DNA of 64,000 bases from Pirellulaceae bacterium (GTDB lineage Bacteria; Planctomycetota; Planctomycetia; Pirellulales; Pirellulaceae), in contig CAVOND010000009.1 in the NCBI GenBank assembly GCA_963697195.1, positions 263,821 through 327,820 of the forward strand, written 5' to 3'. The translations under genes were made by a program, and so were the position numbers. The notes under the pieces are model-generated. The model worked only from the letters and a program-made list of their open reading frames with translations, had not been told where the DNA came from and did no database searches. Shown piece after piece: positions 22,601-33,531 of the stretch; the stretch's first letter is position 1; each line of letters opens with the position of its first letter.

Positions 22601-23050
22601 GTCCGTCTCACGCTTGTGCCGTTCTTCAGCCAGATCGGTGAAGTCGATACGTTCACCTACGAAGGCCGACGTTCGACTCGATCGAGCAGCCGCACGCAAC
22701 AGGACACCAATGGTGACGGTGTGGTGACGGAGGAAGACGAACAGGAAGATGAACAGTTCGCCGAAGGTACCACGGTTCAGTTGCCGACCTTCGCCTTCAC
22801 GTCGGTCAGCACCACGGTGAGTGTGCCGGACGGTGGAACGATCCTGCTCGGCGGTATCAAGCGACTGGCCGAAGGACGCGTTGAACGTGGGATTCCCATC
22901 CTCAGCAAGATCCCTTACGTCAGCCGTCTGTTCCGCAACGTCTCGGCCGGCCGCGATGCCAGCAGTTTGATGTTGATGGTGACTCCACGGATCATCATCC
23001 AAGAGGAAGAAGAGGAAGCTCAGACCGGGTTCAATCCCAATCGCAGCTAG
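19607..23050 (+). CDS. Large secretin (GspD/PilQ-like) with long helical N-terminal region (split by indels)
   Basis: LQITIEVRFI, NVMQAPKVTLFDGQ, TTVSVPDGGTILLGG, GIPILSKIPYVSRLF, LMLMVTPRII; start uncertain. Confidence 0.85.
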
Positions 23051-23081
23051 ACCTCGTCGACTTCTTCGATCGCCAATCATG

Positions 23082-23114
23082 GACGCCGGCAGGGAAACTT
23101 GCCGGCGTCTTTTT
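23082..23114 (+). terminator. Intrinsic terminator after secretin
   Basis: GACGCCGGCAG-GGAAA-CTTGCCGGCGTC followed by TTTTT. Confidence 0.75.
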
Positions 23115-23156
23115 CGTTTCCCACATGCACTCGCTTCGGCACGACGCTCACATCGG

Positions 23157-23212
23157 GGCCCACGGCTAGTGCCTGAGGTTCACATGTGAACCTCAGGCAC
23201 TAGCCGTGGGCC
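23157..23212. repeat. Perfect 56-bp palindrome made of two family C units
   Basis: GGCCCACGGCTAGTGCCTGAGGTTCACA|TGTGAACCTCAGGCACTAGCCGTGGGCC. Confidence 0.92.
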
Positions 23213-23277
23213 AAGTTGCTTGTCAGTGTGATTCGAAGAATCCGCATGAGGGAGGGTGATGATGGCGCAACATCAAA

Positions 23278-23339
23278 ACGCGCAAGCGAGTGAGTCCCGT
23301 CCGACCCTCCGACACACTCGCTCGCGCGTCGTGCTTGTA
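23278..23339. repeat. Palindromic repeat, family E (GCAAGCGAGTG...CACTCGCT.GCGCGTCGTGCTTGTA)
   Basis: Related copies at ~25659-25685 and ~39946-40008. Confidence 0.75.
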
Positions 23340-23382
23340 AAAGCTGAAGCTTCCTAACCGGCAGGTACTCTCGCCCTTCGCT

Positions 23383-23979
23383 CTAGCTTACGCAGGACGA
23401 TTTCGTCTTACAGAGTTGCTGGATCACGATCGCGATCGCGGCGCTGGCCATCGGCGTGCTCATGCTGGCCGGTCGGGCGGGATCTTTCGCCGCTTGCGCA
23501 GGCGCAAGTGGAATGTGCACAAACAGGCTCTGCGTATTGAGACCAAAGGAATTCGAGTAGTGCTGGCTCAAATAGAGGGCCGCGTTGCACAAGTAGGTGC
23601 CGGCATGGTGCGAGACATCGCTCGGAATCCCCGCCTCGAGCAGCGATTGATTGCAGGCAGGCAGCGGCAGGGAGGAGCGATAGGCTTCGGGCGCACTGGT
23701 GATCAGCGGGGAGCCATCACTGCGAACGTTCAACCCCACCGCTTCGAGGCGAATCGAGGTCGATCCAGGGGACTGGCCGAGATGGATGGAAAGGTCATAG
23801 TTCGACTGCAGGTCCTTCCGCAGCAGCTCACTCATCCGAGTCAGATCGACCGGGTAGCGGCGCGTGGTGACGTCATGGCTGCCCTCATACCAGCGCGTGA
23901 GGTCACACAGCGTCAACCAGCTGGAGTTTTCCGGCCAGCGATCGTATGGCTCAAACGCAGTCAGGAGAATTCGGGACAC
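23383..23979 (-). CDS. pcp: Pyroglutamyl-peptidase I (C15)
   Basis: ILLTAFEPY...NSS, IHLGQ, IRLE, SHHAGTYLCN, FVHIP. Confidence 0.88.
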   Translation of the reverse strand: MSRILLTAFEPYDRWPENSSWLTLCDLTRWYEGSHDVTTRRYPVDLTRMSELLRKDLQSNYDLSIHLGQSPGSTSIRLEAVGLNVRSDGSPLITSAPEAYRSSLPLPACNQSLLEAGIPSDVSHHAGTYLCNAALYLSQHYSNSFGLNTQSLFVHIPLAPAQAAKDPARPASMSTPMASAAIAIVIQQLCKTKSSCVS

Positions 23980-24060
23980 GGCGTAGCTTCCGGATGCGGA
24001 CAAAAACGTCGCTACATCATAGTTTCCCGTCGACCGTCGAAGTGCACGGCAGGCCCAAGG

Positions 24061-24561
24061 TCAGTCCTTTTTCTTCACGATCATCGCTGGAATCTCGTTA
24101 CCCTTCTTGATGAAACGCATCGAGATCGAGTTGACACAGTGACGAGTGTTTTTTGCCGTCATCTGCTCTCCCTCAAAGACGTGGCCGAGGTGGCCTCCGC
24201 AGTTGGAGCAGACGATCTCGACACGATAGCCATCCGGGTCGGGTCGACGAGTCACGGCACCTTCAATCTCATCGTCAAAACTGGGCCATCCGCAATGGCT
24301 TTCAAACTTGTCATCCGACTTGTAAAGAACGGCGTTGCATTGTCGGCAAATGTACGTTCCCGCATCCTTGGTCATCGTATAGCCGCCCGGTCCTGGCGGC
24401 TCCGTCCCCTGATCCAGGATCACATAGGCCTCTCGGACGCTAAGCCGGTTGTAATCGCCGACGATCGTTTTCTGGTCGAGCTTCCCTTCCTTTTCCATCG
24501 CTTTCCCCGTTCCGGATAGTTTTGTGGCTGGCGACTTGGGAGCATTCGAGTCTTCCTTCAT
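24061..24561 (-). CDS. msrB: Methionine-R-sulfoxide reductase MsrB domain (possibly fused to the upstream gene)
   Basis: GTE, CRQC, KFESHCGWPSF, EIVCSNCGGHLGHVF, RHCVNS. Confidence 0.9.
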   Translation of the reverse strand: MKEDSNAPKSPATKLSGTGKAMEKEGKLDQKTIVGDYNRLSVREAYVILDQGTEPPGPGGYTMTKDAGTYICRQCNAVLYKSDDKFESHCGWPSFDDEIEGAVTRRPDPDGYRVEIVCSNCGGHLGHVFEGEQMTAKNTRHCVNSISMRFIKKGNEIPAMIVKKKD

Positions 24562-24586
24562 CGCGGTTAGGCATTGATCCAAATAG

Positions 24587-25483
24587 TCACGTGAGCGATT
24601 GACCTGGGCCGTCACGGCGCGCCGGGGAATCCATGATGGGTGTCCCGCGCTGTCCCGGATGCATGAAGATCTCGGTCCATCCCTGGTAATCCATGTCACG
24701 CAAGGCCGCCAGAATCGGGGTGAAGTCGAGATCCCCTTGGCCGGGCAGCTGCTGAAGTTGCTGTTCCCCTGAGAGTGATTCCAACGCCCCCAGACCATGT
24801 TGCCAGGCGTAGAAAACGGCGATGGAATCCCCGCAATCGCGAATCAAATCCGCGATCAGCCGGGAGTCTTGGGGCAAATGGTAGGGAGCGATGGCGAGCG
24901 CCAGGTTTGGCGACGGACGCAACTCCGAGAACCATTTCACCGCATCGACCGACTCCATCAGATTGTTGGCATGATTCTCGATCGCGATCGTGACCCCGGT
25001 TTCCTCGGCAACTTCGACGTGCGGTTTCATCTGTTCCACGAATGCGGCCACGGCAGCCTTCAGTTCGCTCCCCTTGAGGTCTCGCGGCCCCTTTGCCCCG
25101 GTGACGATCGTTCGACAGCCCAATCGCTTAGCCAGTCGCATCTCGTCCTGGAGGGCGAACGGCCCCAAGTTGTACTGCGTGATGCAGCCGAGCTTCACGC
25201 CTGCTCGACGAAGCATCGACGCAAACCGCACTTCGCCAAGTTCGTCCACTTGTTCGCGCTGACTGCCGTGGACCTTCGGCCAGATGTCGATGGCCGAGGC
25301 CCCCGACTTGGAGGCTTCCGGCAAGATTTCGGCGATATCTGTGTGGCCGTAAAGGCTGGTCGCCAACAGATATTTCAGCTGGAAGTCCTGGCCGTCGCGG
25401 GCAAACAGTCGTTGGGCGGCGAGCGTTGCCGCGGTGGAAGCCAGAGCCCCGGAAACGAGAGCTTGTCGTCGAGATACCTGCAT
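24587..25483 (-). CDS. Tat-exported sugar phosphate isomerase/epimerase (xylose-isomerase-like TIM barrel)
   Basis: SRRQAL signal; IAIENH; PGQGDLDF; WTEIFMHP. Confidence 0.8.
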   Translation of the reverse strand: MQVSRRQALVSGALASTAATLAAQRLFARDGQDFQLKYLLATSLYGHTDIAEILPEASKSGASAIDIWPKVHGSQREQVDELGEVRFASMLRRAGVKLGCITQYNLGPFALQDEMRLAKRLGCRTIVTGAKGPRDLKGSELKAAVAAFVEQMKPHVEVAEETGVTIAIENHANNLMESVDAVKWFSELRPSPNLALAIAPYHLPQDSRLIADLIRDCGDSIAVFYAWQHGLGALESLSGEQQLQQLPGQGDLDFTPILAALRDMDYQGWTEIFMHPGQRGTPIMDSPARRDGPGQSLT

Positions 25484-25741
25484 GTGTGCCGTCCTTTTCG
25501 TCGTCGCGCCATCGAGGCGAAGTGTTGAAGTATAGGGCGCCGTCCATCCTGCTTCAGTCCCGCCAGCAAGCTCGTACGTCGTGCGCGGAACTGACGCCCC
25601 ATTCTACATGGAATACTCGAAACGATGAAACGTCCGCCAAACGGTTGAAAACCGGAAACACACTCGCTGGCGCGTCGTGCTTGTATTGACGGCTCGACCC
25701 TCGGGAGTGACGCTGTTCACCTAAAAACCAGGACGAGCTGG

Positions 25742-28700
25742 TTAGCGCGGGGTCAGGAAGTGCACCGTGTTGTGAATCACGCGGCGGAATTCGCGCCCAT
25801 CCGTCCCTTGCAGGCGGCAGACGATTTCCATCCCCCAGGTCGGTTCTAACTCCGCGATCTCCAGTTGGAGCGTGCGTTGATCATCAGCGAGTCGTGCCGA
25901 AGTGACGGAAAGCTGACGCTCGTTGTAATGCTTCGATCCATACTCCTCGGTTCGCTTCAGGTCCCAGACGGTCACGTGATAGCGATCCAGCTGGTCCACC
26001 GATTCGCGATCGAGGGGGTCGCTAAAGGTGATGTCCATTCCGTCTTCGAAGGCGTGAAGTTCCAGCGGCAAGTCGACTCGTCCGCCCCGGTACTGGACGC
26101 GAAACAGCCCGCCCTCCTGGTCCTGACGGCTGCCCGCCCAAGAAAACATGCCACCGAGATAGAGCTGACCGTCGAGAGGCGAAAAGCGTCCGCGAATCAT
26201 GCCAGTGGGAAGATCGGGAATGGGCAACTGACACATTCCCCCCTGTGGCTGCGGATAGACCGATGGGTTGTCGGGAGATTGATTCGCGACTGGCCCAAAC
26301 TCGTGAGGCACGACATAGATTCGCCCATAACCATAGGACAGATTTAGCAAATGCCCGCAGAGCGGACCCCAGCGATCGGTTTTGGCCCAAAGTAGTTCCG
26401 CCGGAGAACGATCGAAATCATTGGTAATCCAGCAGAGCGGTTGCTCCATCGCGCTGTCGCTGGCATCCGTCACGTCGTGGTAACCGAACATGTTGCCGTA
26501 GAAGCCACCGGGGTGAACCCAGTTGATACGGTTCTTTGGGTTCCAATGCCCCTCCTGGTCCGTGACGATGAAGGTCCCATCTTCGTTCAAGCAGACGCCG
26601 TTCGCAGCGCGGAATCCGTTGGCGACGATCTCCGTTCGGCTGCCGTCGCTGGAGACTCGCAACAGGGTCCCGTGATGGGGGACCACCGCGGTCAATGCGT
26701 GCCTTGCCGACTTGGCATAGTAGTAGCTTCCCTGGGCATCGCGCTGCAGGCCCATGGCAAATTCGTGAAAGTGTTCCGTGACCTGGTGGTCGCTGTTGAA
26801 GCATTCATAGTCGTCCATCTCTCCGTCATCGTTGCGGTCTCGCAGCGCCACCAGTTGATCGCGACAAGTCACCATCAAGCGGTCCTCCTCCCAGAGAATG
26901 CCCAACGGTTGAAACAGCCCTGATGCAATCCGGCGCCAGCGCAGCATGCCGTCCTCCTGGCCGATCGTTTCCAATCCGCTCACTCGCCAGACGTCGCCGT
27001 CCCAGGTACAAGCCGCGAGTGACTTGCCATCTGCTGAAAAATCGATCCCGGTGACGCGAGTTCGAGCCAGCCACGGATTCGCTTCGGGACGAACCAGTTC
27101 ATCGACCGCCCAGGCATCGGACTCGAACCATGGGCGCGGCGGGACTTCCACTTCAAGCGGGTACTGTGGTGGCCCTCCACGGGTCAGCGGTTGCAGGTCA
27201 TCGCCGAGCCTCGCAAGACTTCGATTCACCGAGGACGAGGCTTCGGCGTCCCAGTCCGCATCCGACAGCACCACGTTGCCGCGGATTGGCTGATCGCCTT
27301 CGCTCAGACGGAGCACGATCTGGTTGTCGCTCCGCAGCAAGCCGGCTTGCCCGCTGAACCCGTGAAGTGCGACCGTGACTTGGCTGCCGGGTTCGGTCAC
27401 GATCAATCTCTCTTCGCCACTTTTTGACGTGACATGCTCGACCGATGCTCTCTCGCCAAGTGTCATCACCACCATGTCCAGCGCTGCGGAGCGAGGCCCC
27501 ACATTCAGCGTTCGTACAAAGGCGATGTCCTCGCCGATCGGCAGCGATCCAGGTCGTTCCAGGATATCGGCGGAGCCAACGGTGTAGTGCAGAATGACTT
27601 GATTCTCGTAGCGAGACAGACCGCGGAACTTTCCCCAGGCCGCGGGCAAGGGACCATAGCGTCGTGCCGTCGCGACCGACGACGCGTTGATCGTCGGCCA
27701 TCGAACCAGTGGTGGGATCGGCCCAGCCGGGACCGGTCGGGTTCGCTGCCAGAATCTCGCCGCTGGCTCGCAGGTGCACCCCGTGTCGGCCATTGAACTG
27801 GATGCCGTTCCAGTCGACAAAGTCGCCGGTCCAAGCGGCTGCCATCCGCAGCGTGTCGTGTTCGAACACCATCCACGCGTTGCCTCTCGCAATTCCGCCC
27901 GGTCCCTCATCCACGCGAATCGCAATCGCCTTTTGCGCAATGTTGCCAGGTCCGTCGCCAAACTGAATCGTTGTGATCAACATCGGGCCATAGTCCATGG
28001 TGGTCCATGGTTCGATCACTTGAGGCTCGGGGCCTCGGGAGGATCCGCCCGGCAAACTGGCGAGATAGGTTTCGTCCACCGACGAGTACTGGTCCGGGTT
28101 GAGACTTCGCAGGAAGTGTTCCCGGATGTAATGAATGACATCGTACTTTTGCTGAGGGACCATCCAGGTTTGCGGGACCATCATGCCGCCGCCAAATGTC
28201 AGCGTCTGGTAGATCGCATGAGGATCATTGCCGAATTTGAACTTACCTTCTGCGAAACGAAGGGATGTCGGCAGCGAGCCGGGTTGTTCAATCGTGCCAT
28301 GGCAATTCTGGCACACCCGTTGATAGATCGCTTCGCCTCGTTCCAGAGAGGCATCATTCCAATCGGCGATCATGCCCCGATGATCCAGGTCGGATTCGTA
28401 AGCCGGCACGCTGAGACGGAGTGATTCCTCCGATGGCTGCAGTTTCTTCGCCGCTTCACGCCCCCCGTCACGTATCGCCACCAGGTAGGCGATCAGATCG
28501 AGGAAATCCTGACGTCGTCGTAACACATTGACCTGTCCGGCAGGCATCAATGAAATGTCGGAAAGTCGTTCGAGTTCGATGTCGTCCAACTCGATGGATA
28601 CCTGGTCCGCATCGCCGACCCCGGTGCGGAGTGTCAATGAGTTGTTGTTTCGTGCCACTTCCATCCCCGCGAACGAACGGCCATCGGAGGTGATGATCTG

Positions 28701-29097
28701 GCGACTTTGATACTGCGGTTCCATTTTGGCCGATGGCTGCAGGACCGATTCAATCAGATGGCGATCATCGACGGGACGCTTCCAGTTCGCCAAGTCAGGT
28801 CCGAGGGTTTTCGTCTCCTGATAAGTGGCGTGGCACTTTGCACATCCCAGGCCTGGCGAATGGAACAGGAAAGCGCCATCGAGCTGCATCACCAAGTTCA
28901 CTCGAGTCGGCCGCCAGATCGCGTGCGTTCTCGGCAAGCAATTGCTGCTCCAGGGGCATCGTCTGTGCCCAGGTCGTTTGGGTACAAGAGGTCCCAATCA
29001 GCGTTAGAGCAAGGGCAGCGGCGAACCGAAACGTCGCCGCGAGACGTGCAGGGGGGGCCGATTGTACGGCCTTGCTGGGATTTGCTTGATGGTTCAT
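25742..29097 (-). CDS. Large di-heme cytochrome c/beta-propeller protein (DUF6797-like; split by indels)
   Basis: Signal peptide; CAKCH and CQNCH motifs; SLMP; IASGLFQPLG; GFRAANG; DQEGHWNP. Confidence 0.75.
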
Positions 29098-29387
29098 GGC
29101 GAATCGAAGGTGACAGGGCGGAAAGTTGGCGCAGTATAGACCAACCGCTGCCAGGCGGCCCGCCCCGGCGCATTGGCCTTCGGTGAACGACTCCGCAGCC
29201 GCTAGCGTATTTTTTTGGTTTGGCGTCGGCTCGGGAAGAAAAATCAGGCTAGAAAGCCTAACGTACGTCGGCCTTTCCAGGCTGACACTTCTTACCGAGC
29301 TACTGGACGTCGTTGTTGAGAATGCTTTAGAACGCGACCCGCTACCAAGTTTCTTTCACATTGATTGCGATCTAGTAGATGTCTTCC

Positions 29388-30110
29388 ATGATCCGCTACC
29401 CGCTTGCGGCGGGCCTCGTTCTTCTCGCACTTCTCACTGCAGTTTCGGCGCAGTCACCGACGCAGCGCCGCGATCTTCGCCAGGTTCAGCAGGCCCAGCA
29501 GCGCATGCAGCAGCAGATGCGAACGGCAGCCGAGAATCAGCCTCAGCTTCCCAGCGATCCACAACTGCTAAGCCTTCACAAGGAGTTCGTTGCCAAAGCG
29601 GAAAAGTTGGCGATGGAATATGAACGCAAGAAGGAATTCGACAAGGCCCGCGAGGTCTACGAGTCACTGGTGCGTCTTATTCCAAAGTACAGCAGCGCGG
29701 AGGAAGGACTGAATCGAATCCTGGCCAATCAACGCATGCAGGACCGACGGTTGACGGACATTGAGGCCAATCAGCAGTGGCAAGATACCGGCGTGGTCTT
29801 ACGCGAAGAGATGCCGGTGCACATTGAGGTCAAAGGCAGTTGGAAGGTCGTCTACGAAACGGGGCCGAAAGGAATCGAGATACCCGAAGAATTTCGGCCG
29901 CGCGACAGCCGGATCAAACTGGGAACCCTGATTGGCGTGGTTGCCAACTCGCCAACGGAATTGGCCGAGGAGCGACCGTTCGTTGTTGAGCAAAGCATGG
30001 ACTTCACGGCGAAGAAAACAGGTCGACTGTACATGCGGATGTTCGACGTCGATCCATCGGATAACGAAGGCAAACTTTACGTGCTGATTCAAAGTACGTT
30101 TGCCCAGTGA
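29388..30110 (+). CDS. Secreted hypothetical protein (helical N-domain, beta-sandwich C-domain)
   Basis: Signal peptide; WQDTGV...GTLIG...TGRLY...DNEG pattern. Confidence 0.7.
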   Translation: MIRYPLAAGLVLLALLTAVSAQSPTQRRDLRQVQQAQQRMQQQMRTAAENQPQLPSDPQLLSLHKEFVAKAEKLAMEYERKKEFDKAREVYESLVRLIPKYSSAEEGLNRILANQRMQDRRLTDIEANQQWQDTGVVLREEMPVHIEVKGSWKVVYETGPKGIEIPEEFRPRDSRIKLGTLIGVVANSPTELAEERPFVVEQSMDFTAKKTGRLYMRMFDVDPSDNEGKLYVLIQSTFAQ

Positions 30111-30180
30111 TTCGTGCGTCCAGAGCATTTTCAAAACCGATGTTGGTGATCAGCTAACCAACCGAGGACTTGCTCAGGGC

Positions 30181-30984
30181 TCAAGAGCCAGTTGTTGCGT
30201 CATCACTGGTTGCGTTTCGGATTCCTGATCGGCAGGCTTGCTCTGTCCTCGCCACATCATCATGCAGGAAACCACCAGCAGTGCGATCGCGACCAGGTGT
30301 TTGAAACGGACGGCCGAGATGTCGCGACTTGCCATCGCACCGAGTTGCACGCCTAGCGATTGCCAAACACGCGGCGACGACGATTTGCCAGCCTACCGGG
30401 CCGTCGACATGACTGCGAAAGTACAAAAGGCCCGCTTTGTAGATCGACATCACCAGCAGGCACTGGGTCACGAACGCTTTGTACCTTGCCTGGGACCAGC
30501 CCTGTTTCAATGCGAACGCAGCGATCGGTGGTCCCGCTATGCTGACCGCACCGGCAAGAAATCCAGAGATCGCGCCCGCAGCGAAGCAAGCGACGCCCTT
30601 GGAGGCACTAGCAGGTGACGAGCCAGGACGTCGGAGGCTGAGCAGCACCATCACGAACACGCCAAGTCCCGTGCCCCGTACCAACAGGTCGAGCGATACC
30701 GTCTCGAACAACCACAGTCCAAGGGGCAGAAAGATCGCAGCGCCGAGCAACGCTTGGCTGAGTGACCGTTTTTCAACACCTTCGCGGTATGTCCACGCCG
30801 CCATCATCAGCATCGGGACGCTGCTGATGGAAACCACAATGTGGGCCGACCTGGCATCGATCACAAACGGAAGCAGCGAGATCGCGACAATCCCAAAGCC
30901 GAAGCCGATGGCACTGTGCATGAATCCGGCGAGGATGGCGATCGCACCGACCGCGACCAGGAGAGTCCAGACGTCGCCCGGCAT
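30181..30984 (-). CDS. Sulfite exporter TauE/SafE-family membrane protein
   Basis: AGFMHSAIGFGFG and AGAISGFLAGAVSIAGPP repeats; about 8 TM segments. Confidence 0.85.
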   Translation of the reverse strand: MPGDVWTLLVAVGAIAILAGFMHSAIGFGFGIVAISLLPFVIDARSAHIVVSISSVPMLMMAAWTYREGVEKRSLSQALLGAAIFLPLGLWLFETVSLDLLVRGTGLGVFVMVLLSLRRPGSSPASASKGVACFAAGAISGFLAGAVSIAGPPIAAFALKQGWSQARYKAFVTQCLLVMSIYKAGLLYFRSHVDGPVGWQIVVAACLAIARRATRCDGKSRHLGRPFQTPGRDRTAGGFLHDDVARTEQACRSGIRNATSDDATTGS

Positions 30985-30985
30985 T

Positions 30986-32413
30986 CTATTCGGGTAGCTC
31001 CGCTCCACGCGTTTCCCGACCGAACAGGACGATCACGGCACCGACGAGATAAAGAGGAGCGAGCCACAACGCTTGGGTCTCCGGCGCAATCTTGATCAGG
31101 AAACCAAAGCAGACAAACGCGATGCCGGTTCCCAATCGCCCGACGTTGAAACAAAACCCGGAACCGGTGCCCCGCAATCGGGTCGGATAGAGCTCCGGAA
31201 AATAGACGGCGTAGCCAGCATGCATCCCCAAGCGTGAAGAAGCCAAAGATCGGCAGGCAAACCGCGATCAACCGAGGCGATGCCTGGCTGGGAAGGAGGT
31301 ACTGAAACATCAGCAACACGGCAGCGAACGCGGCAAGATGATAAAAGACAAAGGCTCCCTTGCGACCGAGTCGATCCGAGATCCAGCCGAACAGCAACAG
31401 CCCCAGTCCACCACCAATCGTGTTGAGGATCATGCTCGTCATCTCGGCTCGCTTGATCTCGGGCGCATGCTTTTCCAGGGCTTCGCTTCGCGCGAGCTTG
31501 TTCGCCTTGCGGGCCGCTTCATCGGCATCGGCCGCCAGCACGCTCACGTTTTCCGCCAGTCAACGCGTCCGCCTGTGCGCGACGAAGCAAAGCGTTCTTG
31601 CCGTAGATGTGAATGCCCCAGAAAGTGACCAGACCGACGGTTGCCAGCGAAACGCCAACGACCGTCGCGCGAAGATTGTCGGCGGTGAATAGATCAGAGA
31701 GCCGACCGAGTTGCTTGGTGGGGTCCTTGCTCGGCTTGTTCCTTGACGCGTTTCCAGGAGTCCGGTTCGTGCAGCTTCCATCGAATCCAAAGGGTCAACA
31801 ACGCGGGGAAGACACCGATTGCAAATCCGATTCGCCATCCTTCCCAGCCACGCTCGGCAAGCCACGCGTTGACCGACTCGTTTCCGATCAGCAGTGCGAC
31901 GGTGGCAGCCGCCAGCAACGTCCCGAAAACACTCGAGGCATGAAAGATGGAACTCATCACCGGCCGCGATCGAGTCGGCATCACTTCGGCTACCATCGCC
32001 GCCGCCACCGCCCATTCGCCGCCGACGCCCATCGCCACCAGGAAGCGGAGCGCAACCATCTGCCAGGCGGTCTGGGCAAAGGCGCTCGCACACGTAAACA
32101 GTGAGTAGAACAAAATGGTCATGATCATCGTCTTGGATCGACCGATCCGATCACTGATCACGCCGAAGAGGACTCCTCCCACGGCGCCGCCGAACAGAAA
32201 GAATCCGAAAGCGATGTTGTTCCAGGAACTGACCGAAGCGTCATCGGCCTTGGCGTCGAGCAAGGCTGGCATCGCATCACGCATCGAAGCGACAAAAATC
32301 TGACCTTCGAAGACATCGAACACCCACCCCAGCGAAGCAATCAGCAGCACCGTCCACTGATACTTGCTGATGCCTTCGTACCATTTCATGGAAGATTGAT
32401 TGCTGTTGCTCAT
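30986..32413 (-). CDS. MFS transporter (split by indels)
   Basis: LGWVFDVFE, SDRIGR, RFLVAMGVGGEW, SDRLGRK, FPELYPTRLRGTG. Confidence 0.9.
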
Positions 32414-32492
32414 GCCGTTTCGCGAAATGGGGGCGGGACGCTAGGGATAGGAGCACGCTCTGGAAACGCTTTCGGCCTGCCGCCAAACTGCG

Positions 32493-33508
32493 TCACGATG
32501 CGACAGGCTCAAACACATTCGATTCCATTTGAGCCAGCGAGGCGACGACTTTTCGAGTGCCAACGAAGGGGCGACGGGCATGCATGGCGATCATGTTGTC
32601 GACCAGGACGACGTCGCCCACTTGCCAGGCCAGGTCGTAGGCGAGCTGCTCGGCCAATTCGACCGCCACGCCGACAGCCTCCGCATCCAGTGGTGTTCCG
32701 TCGCCATGGCAAATCGCTTTGGATGGATCATTGCGTTCGTCTTTCCAACCACGAAAGGCTGCGATCAACTGGTTGAAAAAAACTCGTCGCCCATCGTTCA
32801 TTGTTACGACCGCCGGCAGCGGCGGGGTCGTGGCTCGCAGGCAACCGTCGTCGAGCCATTCCCAGCTGTAACCGAGTTCGCGCAGACGATGTCTCGGCTG
32901 CCTCGACCGAATCGACACCGAGCGTGCTTCGCCAAGATCGACCCATGCCACTCTTGGCGTCGTTGTCGCTGGGCATCACGTTGGTGTAGCGAAGTCCCTT
33001 CTGTTCGCACGCCTTGACGAATTCCGGACGCTCGCTTGCCAGTCGCTCCAGCAGCACATCCGATCGGCAAATGGGGGTCGCGCCCCCCTGCTCCGCCGCG
33101 ATCTCACAGCTGAAAAAAATCCAGCGCGGGTAAGAGCGGCGTTTGTGCCATCTCATGATGAAAAAAAATCTGGACATCCGGCGGCGCTTCGTTGGCCGAG
33201 AAGACACGCGGCGTCCGGTTGACTCGTACCGCGTTGGAGAGAGATTTTTCGTACGGAAAGTTCGGCAAGCCGAGCGATTCGATCAACACGTCGAAGTCTT
33301 CGGCTCGTGTCACTGGAAAGCCTCGCAGCAACACGGCGCCGTGTTTGGTCGCCCACGCCAGCAGCTCTGATCGCTGCGACGTGACCCACTCGGCTGCCGA
33401 GGCGAGCGAGGCGTTTGGATCTTGGCAGAGCAAGACATACGGAAACAGGCTGTCGCCGTGATGTTGTTGACCCTCCACCGCAACGGATTCGACGTGCAAC
33501 TGACTCAT
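32493..33508 (-). CDS. TauD/TfdA-family Fe(II)/2-oxoglutarate dioxygenase (SyrP/clavaminate-synthase-like; split by indels)
   Basis: HGAVLLRGF; HHE metal motif; GGATP; WQVGDVVLVDNMIAMHARRPF. Confidence 0.88.
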
Positions 33509-33531
33509 AGGTGCGTCCCCTGCCCTCGCGT

